Shown: piece by piece, positions 1 to 6,776 of the stretch
Position numbering within the stretch: position 1 is the stretch's first letter
How the letters are laid out: every line of letters starts with the position of its first letter
Assembly: GCA_045863335.1 (NCBI GenBank)
Contig: BTVY01000029.1
Span: 1 to 30,986 of the forward strand
Direction of reading: 5' to 3'
From: Candidatus Hydrogenedentota bacterium
GTDB lineage: Bacteria; Hydrogenedentota; Hydrogenedentia; Hydrogenedentales; SLHB01
DNA: 30,986 nucleotides
Notes under the pieces: model-generated
The model's database searches: none
What the model saw: the letters and a program-made list of their open reading frames with translations, nothing else
What the model was told of the DNA's origin: nothing
Made by a program: the position numbers and the translations under genes

Positions 1-54
1 CAGAGGACATTTCTAACGAGTTAAGCCAGAGGACATTTCTAACGAGTCTTGACA
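1..54. mobile_element. Probable terminal (inverted-repeat) end of an IS1202/IS481-like insertion sequence, truncated by the window edge
   Basis: Exact 21-bp direct repeat CAGAGGACATTTCTAACGAGT at 1-21 and 27-47, ending CTTGACA at 54 (TGT on the - strand). Tandem GGACATTT boxes ending in ...ACA resemble IS1202/IS481 ends as I recall them. No transposase is in the window. Confidence 0.6.
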
Positions 55-71
55 TATTGGCCGAAACCCCC

Positions 72-100
72 TTGACAGATTTCCGAACCGGGGGTACAAT
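72..100 (+). promoter_or_regulatory. Sigma70-type promoter
   Basis: TTGACA (72-77), 17-bp spacer, TACAAT (95-100). Predicted start near 107, just before the structured element. Confidence 0.75.
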
Positions 101-108
101 CAGGATGT

Positions 109-236
109 AACGCGGTTCGCCGCTCGTATCTTACCGCCATGGCGGGCCCTGGCGCGCTGGTTGCGCACTACGGTGAAATATCCGATGCCGGGGACTCTGG
201 AGTCAGACAGTAAAGATGCGGTCGGCGAGCCGCGTT
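109..236 (+). ncRNA. Candidate structured ncRNA or 5' leader of unknown class
   Basis: 109-134 pairs with 210-236 (~25 bp, one mismatch, one bulge). It encloses a 7-bp stem 147-153/187-193 and small hairpins 154-166, 171-184 and 193-204. All wobble pairs are G-U on the + strand. T-rich tract at 239-244. Confidence 0.55.
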
Positions 237-327
237 CGTGTTTTGCCCCACCATTTTCTGAAGGCCTTTTGCTCCCAGCAACCTCCGGCTGCTACTATTC
301 CGCCTTTCACCCTGGAAAGGCCATTTC

Positions 328-1386
328 ATGAAAGTCGGCATTATTGGCTTCGCCCGTTCGGGCAAAACCACCATCTTCAATTCGTTGACGGGCGCCCATG
401 CCGCCGTCGGTACTTTCGGCAGCCGCGACTCCAACGTGGCCGTGTTGAAAGTCCCCGACGAGCGCGTGGACCGGCTCGCCGAAATCTACAAGCCCAAGAA
501 AAAGACCTACGCTGAGTTTCAGTTCGTGGACATCGCCCCAAACGAGTCCGGCGGCGATGACAAAGCGCTCGATTCCGCGGCCCTCACGGCGCTGAAAAAT
601 GTCGATGCTCTGGTCCACGTTGTTCGCGCCTTCGGCAACGAAGAAGTCATGCATCCGCTCGGCAGTGTCGACCCGGCCCGGGACGCGCGCAGCCTGGAAG
701 AGGAACTTCAACTCTGCGATCTCATCATCGTCGAGCGCCGCATCGAGCGCATGGAGAAAGAGAACCGCAAAGACAACGAGTACAAGGTTCTCGTCCAGTG
801 CAAAGAACATATCGAGAACGGCCAGTCCTTGCGTTCCCTGGAACTCTCCGCCCAGGAGAAGCGCGACATCGCCGGCTACTGCTTTCTCTCCCAGAAGCCC
901 TTACTGCTGCTCGGCAACTACGGCGACGAATCCATTGGCAACGAAGACCCCGCCGGGCTGGACGCCTTCGGCAAGGAATCCGGCCTGACCGTCATCGCCT
1001 TTTGCGGCGCCATGGAAATGGAAGTCGCCCAATTGCCGGAGGAAGACCGGCCCGCCTTCCGAGAAGACCTGGGACTCGGCGAGGAGTCGCGCACCCAGTT
1101 TCTGCAAACCGCCTACGACATGCTCGGCCTCATGAGTTTCCTGACGGCCGGCGAGCCGGAGGTCCGCGCGTGGACCATTCCCAAGAACACGAAGGCCGTC
1201 GACGCCGCCGCCGTGATCCACTCCGATATCGCACGCGGGTTCATTCGCGCGGAGATTGTGAACTACGCCCACTTCATCGCCGCGGGCTCCATGGCTAAGG
1301 CGAAGGAAGCCGGCCACGTCCGTCTCGAAGGCAAGGAGTACATCATGCAGGACGGCGATATCGTACTCTTCCGGTTCAACGTGTAG
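328..1386 (+). CDS. ychF: YchF/OLA1-family P-loop ATPase (divergent paralog) with C-terminal TGS-like (DUF933) domain
   Basis: P-loop GFARSGKTT, VPDERVDRL, DALVHVVRAF, and a typical YchF C-terminus FLTAGEPEVRAWTI...IHSDIARGFIRAE...RLEGKEYIMQDGDIVLFRFNV. Confidence 0.88.
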   Translation: MKVGIIGFARSGKTTIFNSLTGAHAAVGTFGSRDSNVAVLKVPDERVDRLAEIYKPKKKTYAEFQFVDIAPNESGGDDKALDSAALTALKNVDALVHVVRAFGNEEVMHPLGSVDPARDARSLEEELQLCDLIIVERRIERMEKENRKDNEYKVLVQCKEHIENGQSLRSLELSAQEKRDIAGYCFLSQKPLLLLGNYGDESIGNEDPAGLDAFGKESGLTVIAFCGAMEMEVAQLPEEDRPAFREDLGLGEESRTQFLQTAYDMLGLMSFLTAGEPEVRAWTIPKNTKAVDAAAVIHSDIARGFIRAEIVNYAHFIAAGSMAKAKEAGHVRLEGKEYIMQDGDIVLFRFNV

Positions 1387-1400
1387 TCGCGATAAACCGG

Positions 1401-1961
1401 ATGACGCTGAAGCCGGAGTTCGAACTGGGGATCTGGAACGGCTGGTGGTTCACGCTGCTCTATTGGCTCGTCACCGCCGGTTTTCTGCTGGCCTTCTCGA
1501 AAGAGCAGATCAAACGCCTCACCAGCGCCCCCAAGTTCACGCCCGCCGTCAACGCGCTCGTTCATGTCGAAAAGAACTTGTACATCGCGCCCATGGTGTA
1601 CGCCGCCTGGGTCTCCATCAAGTTCGGAACTCTCTGGTTCTACGTCGGCATGCCGCTGTTCGCCATTGGATTGGCCGGGTACACCTGGTCTCTTGCGAAC
1701 TATCGCGGCACCCCGCCCGGCGGACCCATCGTCAAAGGGATCTACCGGTACTCCCGGCATCCTATGTACGTCACCTCCTTCATCGCGTGGTTGGGCGCTG
1801 GTCTTGCCACGGCATCCTGGATTATCCTTGCGGCGAATCTGGTCCTGTTCGCGCTCATGCACCATACGAATCAGATTGAAGAACGCGAATGCCTTCGGCA
1901 GTACGGCGACTCGTACCGCAGCTACATGGAGCGGGTGCCGCGATACTTTCTGTTCTTTTGA
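1401..1961 (+). CDS. Isoprenylcysteine carboxylmethyltransferase (ICMT/PEMT) family membrane methyltransferase
   Basis: Several TM helices, GIYRYSRHPMY and EERECLRQYGDSYRSYMERVPRY family motifs. Confidence 0.85.
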   Translation: MTLKPEFELGIWNGWWFTLLYWLVTAGFLLAFSKEQIKRLTSAPKFTPAVNALVHVEKNLYIAPMVYAAWVSIKFGTLWFYVGMPLFAIGLAGYTWSLANYRGTPPGGPIVKGIYRYSRHPMYVTSFIAWLGAGLATASWIILAANLVLFALMHHTNQIEERECLRQYGDSYRSYMERVPRYFLFF

Positions 1962-1987
1962 ACTCGAGGCCGCACCCGGAGAGCCAA

Positions 1988-3316
1988 ATGCGACGCGTAC
2001 TGCCGTTCGTGATATTGCTTCTGATTGTTTCTTCGGGCTGCCCGCGCAATCCTGATCCCATCGTGCGCGCGTTGCGGTACTTGGAGAACACGCAGGTCTC
2101 CAACGCCGATGCAGCGCGATTGCGCGGGACCGGGACCACCGATTACGCCGGAAACTGGCCTCAGGAGTTCCATTTCGCCAGCGCGCCAAATGTGCGGTTC
2201 CGCGAAGTCAGCCCCTTCGTTGTGGCCTTCATTCACCATGCGTTGACGCTCATCAATGAAGATTCCATGGAAGATTTGGGTTTGTCCCCGCAAGAAGTTG
2301 CGTCTGCTCGAACCATGCGACGGCGCGCCGTCGAGTTTCTGCAACGTTTCGAATCCGATCCCGGCTCGCCCGAAGCCGGGACCTACGGATTCTGGCCTTA
2401 CGACCCTGAACCAAATGCGGCGGAGACGCCCGTTCAGCAAATCGCACTGGCGGTCTTGCAGGGTCCTCTCCTGGAAGGCAATCGGGTACCGGCCAATGTC
2501 GCGATTTACCCTCACGCCTTGGGGATTCCGCCCGACGCGGACGTAACGGCGACGACCTATGCCGCACTGCTGGCGGACGGCACCCTGGACGGTGGACCTG
2601 GGGTAGCGGGCGAACCGTCCCACTTCTTCAGCGATTGGACTGATACTGGAGCAGTCCCCCTCCGCAGGATGGCTGACTGGTTGCCCGAGGATAGCGGTGC
2701 GTTCCTGACCTGGCTCAACTACAAGAACCCGCCCGACCTGACAATCCCCAACGACGTGGACCTCGTCGTCAACGCCAACGTGCTGCACGCGCTGGCCCTT
2801 TTGGGCGAGAGTGCAACCCCCGGATTTGACGCCGCAGTCGACCTCATCAACGCCGTCGTTGCGCAAGGCCTCCATCAAACCCGATACGATGAGATTACGG
2901 ATTACTACCCCGACAGCTACGTCTTCCATTACTGCGTTTCCCGGGCCTACCACGATGGATCCATACCTGGCTTGGCTCCCGCCGTGGAGATGCTCGCTGA
3001 CGAGATTGAACAGGAGGCTCTGGAACTGCCGGGTGGTCTCGCCTACTGGGACCGGGGCGACCGCGCGCTCAATACCGCCTTCGCCGTGCTGACGCTGCTG
3101 AACGCCGGACGAGACATCAACCTGATCGACCGGGGAATCCACTACTTGACGGCCATTCAAAGCCCCGTTTCCGGCGGCTGGGATGAGTCGGTCTTCTTCA
3201 TTGCGAACACCGACGGCGGACCCGAAATCCACTGGGTCTCGGAGGCCGTCACGACGGCCTTTGCCCTTGAATCGCTGTGCCGGTATCGGAGCCTTTCATA
3301 CAACCCACCAAAGTAA
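1988..3316 (+). CDS. Putative lipoprotein with prenyltransferase/squalene-hopene-cyclase-like (alpha/alpha) barrel
   Basis: Start at ATG 1988 gives signal MRRVLPFVILLLIVSSG-C (lipobox-like). Contains PPDADVTA, DVDLVVNANVL and QW-like repeats ALRYLENTQ and GIHYLTAIQSPVSGGW. Confidence 0.6.
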   Translation: MRRVLPFVILLLIVSSGCPRNPDPIVRALRYLENTQVSNADAARLRGTGTTDYAGNWPQEFHFASAPNVRFREVSPFVVAFIHHALTLINEDSMEDLGLSPQEVASARTMRRRAVEFLQRFESDPGSPEAGTYGFWPYDPEPNAAETPVQQIALAVLQGPLLEGNRVPANVAIYPHALGIPPDADVTATTYAALLADGTLDGGPGVAGEPSHFFSDWTDTGAVPLRRMADWLPEDSGAFLTWLNYKNPPDLTIPNDVDLVVNANVLHALALLGESATPGFDAAVDLINAVVAQGLHQTRYDEITDYYPDSYVFHYCVSRAYHDGSIPGLAPAVEMLADEIEQEALELPGGLAYWDRGDRALNTAFAVLTLLNAGRDINLIDRGIHYLTAIQSPVSGGWDESVFFIANTDGGPEIHWVSEAVTTAFALESLCRYRSLSYNPPK

Positions 3317-3417
3317 GTAACATAGGGGGTGCTATCGACGCCGCCGTCGATGCGCGAGAAGTCTGAAAAGGTCCGGGGGCGATTGCTGAGGCGGTAGCGA
3401 TGAGGGGGGGACGATTC

Positions 3418-6135
3418 ATGAGAATGCCACGATACTGTGCCCACGCCGCGTGTATGGGATGGTTCCTGGTCGCAACAGGCATGCCTGCTGCCGCATTCGA
3501 AGATCCCATCGATACCGCAGGCGCAATTACGGCTCGAATTGAAGCGCCGGATCAGGTGACCAACCGCACCGAACCGGTTCCGGTTCGTGTCGTGATCGAG
3601 AACACCGGAACCACTGACATTTCGGGTATGGTGCGCGTCCGCGCGATCGACGACTGGGCGATTGAACCGGCGGAGCCGGCGTCGTTCACGCTCCCGGGCG
3701 GAGGCTCCGAGACAAGAGCGTTCTCCCTGAAGCCCGGGCCGAATACCTATAGTGCGCTCTACCCGCTCCACGCATACGTCGATCACGAGATCGACGGCGT
3801 GACATACACGGCGCATCCCATTCTCATCTTCAAAACAGAGTTTCCCGAACAGCCCACCGAGGATGTCCCGGCCGCCACGCGTCCCGGCTGGCGCCACGCC
3901 CGCTCCCGGTCCAAGACCGTACTGAGCGGCCACGTCACGGATGCCGGTGCGGCCGTGCCCGTCGAAGTGCGCCAAGGCAAGCGCGGGTTGCTCGATGCGC
4001 GGGTCCAGTTTGGCGCCGGGCCGGAGGCGGTCGAGTTCTACGGTCTATCGATTGCTGTCGATGGCACGACATTGCTCGACGAGGATTCCCCGTTCCGACT
4101 GGCGGCCATTTCGGAGGAACCGGCCGAAGGCGCGTATCGCATGCGGCACCAATTCAAGAGCAGCGAGAAGGCGTTCGACCTCCTTGCCGAGTTTCGACTC
4201 GACAATCGCGCGCTGCAATTGAAGGTCTGGCTCGAGAACACCCCCGATGCTGAACCCTGGGACGTGACGTACCTGGAAAACGTCGCGTTGGGGTCCTGGT
4301 CGAAGCCGGTTCATCGCGTTTACGCGGGTCCCGGGAACGTTATTGAAGCGCCCCGGATCTTCACACCGGGATTCGAGGGGCACCGCTTGTCCACGTCGCA
4401 CGTTGGCGCCGATTTCGAAGGCGGCCCATCGTTGGTGTTGGCGGTGGACGTGACGCCGGATCAACTGCGGGTGGTACCGGCGGAACGCACCTTCACCCTG
4501 GTGACCCCTCACGCGCAGACGATCTCGTTTGTCCCCGGCGACAACGTGTGGGAAGCGGTCAAGGTTTGGCGCGACATCGATGGACGCGTGGCCGCAGGCG
4601 GCGTAAGCAACCTCGCCGGGCGTTTCACCTTTGACCTGTGGACGGACGACTTCACGGGGGCCGCCGCGGCCCTCGAACAATCTTTCCGGTACGGCCTGAC
4701 CGACGCGGTCGTCGTGTGGCATCGCTGGCAACGCTGGGGCTATGACTACCGGCTGCCGGACATCCTGCCGCCCCGCCCGGAATCCGGCGGCAGCGATGCA
4801 TTTCGTGCACTCGCCAAGATGTGCCGAGCGCATGGCGTCCTGTTCGCCCCGCACGACAACTACATCGACCTCTATCCCGATTCCGACGTGTTCACCTACG
4901 ACCGCGTCGCCTTCCTGGACAAGGATCTCCCGGACTACGCCTGGTTCAATCGCGGACGCGACGCCCAGTCACTCCGGTGGCGGGCGGATTGCATCCGTCC
5001 GTTCCTGGAATCCAATGTCAAGGCGATTCGCGACAACTTTGCGCCGACGGCCTATTTCATCGACGTATGGTCGTCTCTACCTCCGTACGACTATTGGGCC
5101 CGCAACGGCGACTTCCACACCCGCATGGAAACGCGCGACATTTGGAGGGAGTCATTTGCGTGGATTCGCAACGAGCTTGGTAATGACGCGCCCCAAATCT
5201 CCGAGAGTGGGAACGATCAGTTGGTTGGTTGGGCCGACGGCGCGCAAGCCAATCATATCCGGGTTGACGACCACCCGCCCAGCGGGGCGGGGTACTTCGT
5301 GTGGCGCGTGAACTACCAGGACGCCGAACGCATACCCTGGTTTGACGCGGCGCACCACCACCGCTTCGTCATGCAGGGCGCGGGCTATCCCAGCCGTTAC
5401 GCCGCCGGCCTCGATTCCCGGTTGCACGGCATCTACAGCGACGACTACATCGCAACCGAAGTGCTTGCCGGCCGCGCCCCCATGGTAAGCAGCCCCTTCG
5501 GGCACGATGTCGTCCGCAAATATTGGCTGCTCCACGACCTGAGCGAGGCGCTCGCCCTGTGCCGCATCGATTCCGTCCAGTTCGTGGGGGACAATCTGCA
5601 TCGCCAATGCGTCCGGTGGGACAATGGCGCCGAGGTGTGGGTCAATCGGGGTACAGAAGACTGGTCCGTGGAGGGTCACGTGTTGCCGCAATACGGCTTC
5701 TACGCCCGGGTGCCACAAGGCGTCGAAGCCGCCATCGAGCGGCGCGACGGCGTCGTCGTTGAGTGGTCCCAATCGGCGGAGTCGCTGTACCTCAATGCGC
5801 GCGGCGCGAGAGATATGCAGGGTTCGCCGGAGCATTTGGCGCGCCTGAACCCCGAACGGCGTCCGGTGCGCTTCGGGGCCGTTCTAACCGAAGGTGGCGC
5901 GCGATTGACCCGGGAAGACCGGGAACTCGTGGTAACCCCTCTGCCGGATGGTATCCCTTTCGATATGCAGATTGACTGGGATCGCTTGCCGTGGCGCCTT
6001 CCTCAGCCGGATAGGGTGAAGGCCTTACAGACCGCCCCCGAGCCCGCCGTAAGCCTTCCGGTTTCAGCATGGACCGGGGTGCTGAGCCTGAAATGCGAAC
6101 CCGAGACCTTCGCGTATCACGCAGGCCCCAGTTAG
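3418..6135 (+). CDS. Large secreted glycoside hydrolase-like protein (Ig-like N-domain plus GH129/GH101/DUF5696-like TIM barrel)
   Basis: Signal peptide, Ig-like VRVVIENTG domain, and motifs WQRWGYDYRLPD, HDNYIDLYPD and YFIDVWS resembling GH129/GH101 catalytic domains. G-rich RBS precedes ATG 3418. Confidence 0.6.
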   Translation: MRMPRYCAHAACMGWFLVATGMPAAAFEDPIDTAGAITARIEAPDQVTNRTEPVPVRVVIENTGTTDISGMVRVRAIDDWAIEPAEPASFTLPGGGSETRAFSLKPGPNTYSALYPLHAYVDHEIDGVTYTAHPILIFKTEFPEQPTEDVPAATRPGWRHARSRSKTVLSGHVTDAGAAVPVEVRQGKRGLLDARVQFGAGPEAVEFYGLSIAVDGTTLLDEDSPFRLAAISEEPAEGAYRMRHQFKSSEKAFDLLAEFRLDNRALQLKVWLENTPDAEPWDVTYLENVALGSWSKPVHRVYAGPGNVIEAPRIFTPGFEGHRLSTSHVGADFEGGPSLVLAVDVTPDQLRVVPAERTFTLVTPHAQTISFVPGDNVWEAVKVWRDIDGRVAAGGVSNLAGRFTFDLWTDDFTGAAAALEQSFRYGLTDAVVVWHRWQRWGYDYRLPDILPPRPESGGSDAFRALAKMCRAHGVLFAPHDNYIDLYPDSDVFTYDRVAFLDKDLPDYAWFNRGRDAQSLRWRADCIRPFLESNVKAIRDNFAPTAYFIDVWSSLPPYDYWARNGDFHTRMETRDIWRESFAWIRNELGNDAPQISESGNDQLVGWADGAQANHIRVDDHPPSGAGYFVWRVNYQDAERIPWFDAAHHHRFVMQGAGYPSRYAAGLDSRLHGIYSDDYIATEVLAGRAPMVSSPFGHDVVRKYWLLHDLSEALALCRIDSVQFVGDNLHRQCVRWDNGAEVWVNRGTEDWSVEGHVLPQYGFYARVPQGVEAAIERRDGVVVEWSQSAESLYLNARGARDMQGSPEHLARLNPERRPVRFGAVLTEGGARLTREDRELVVTPLPDGIPFDMQIDWDRLPWRLPQPDRVKALQTAPEPAVSLPVSAWTGVLSLKCEPETFAYHAGPS

Positions 6136-6273
6136 CTTCGCACGGGGCGGATGTGCGGACCGTGTTAACCCGCTCATCGATGGCCCTGGGCGCCGAGATA
6201 GGAGCGGAGAGAGACCGTAACCGGACGATATCGCGCCCCGCAGGGCGGTCTATCACGTGTTGCGCACGAATGC

Positions 6274-6303
6274 TTGACACGAGGCCGTGAATTTTGGCAC
6301 GAT
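6274..6303 (+). promoter_or_regulatory. Possible sigma70 promoter of the V/A-ATPase operon
   Basis: TTGACA (6274-6279), 18-bp spacer, CACGAT (6298-6303) preceded by an extended -10 TG. Confidence 0.4.
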
Positions 6304-6425
6304 ACGCCCCGGGCTTGGCCGGCTATACCTCCCCAATGGTGCCATCTTGGCGTGTGCGTGGGATTGTGGCGTGCTCGTCGGCGGGGTCGAACCCCGAAAA
6401 TTCCATCAAACCGGATTGGTGAACC

Positions 6426-6776
6426 GTGGAACGCAACGGAAAAAACCAGAACTCTGCTCTGTCTGCGATTGCGCGTCACGAGCGCGAACTTTTGGCAAAA
6501 CGCGAGGAAACCGAACGCGAAGCCGAACGGATTGTCGCGGAGGCGCGTACCGAAGCCCGGAGAATCATCGACAGCGAAGGCGAGCGACTGGCCAACGATG
6601 CCGCCGCAATCCGTCGCGAAGGCGATGCCGCGCGGGAGCGCGAACATCTCGAACAGCAACGGCAGGCGGATGAACGTCTGGCCCGGCTGCGCGCAGACGC
6701 CCAGACCCGCGCTCAGGCCGTGGTCGGCGCGGTCGTTTCCCTTATATTGCCTTCTTCCACCGGAGGGTCCCGATGA
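6426..6776 (+). CDS. V/A-type ATP synthase peripheral stalk subunit G (H)
   Basis: 116-aa charged coiled coil (EAERIVAEARTEARRII). First gene of the operon, with an ATGA overlap into subunit I. GTG start. Confidence 0.75.
   Translation: MERNGKNQNSALSAIARHERELLAKREETEREAERIVAEARTEARRIIDSEGERLANDAAAIRREGDAAREREHLEQQRQADERLARLRADAQTRAQAVVGAVVSLILPSSTGGSR

Noticed and set aside
1-47. Direct repeat as a CRISPR array
   Set aside because: Only two 21-bp copies separated by 5 bp, with no spacer-length unique sequence and no cas genes.
109-236. Retron msr-msd, SRP RNA or true tRNA
   Set aside because: No reverse transcriptase nearby, no SRP CAGG...GNRA...AGCA motif, and no anticodon arm or GTTCRA T-loop.
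168-515. Short ORFs 168-434 (-) and 216-515 (+)
   Set aside because: They overlap ychF and the structured RNA and have no recognizable motifs.
1922-3232. 436-aa antisense ORF
   Set aside because: Shadow of the + strand lipoprotein gene, which has the signal peptide and motifs.
3334-3351. Hairpin ATCGACG-ccgc-CGTCGAT as a terminator
   Set aside because: Short stem with no U-tract; not supportable.
6295-6310. Sigma54 promoter (TGGCACG)
   Set aside because: The -24 box is present, but the -12 TTGC box is missing at the required spacing.
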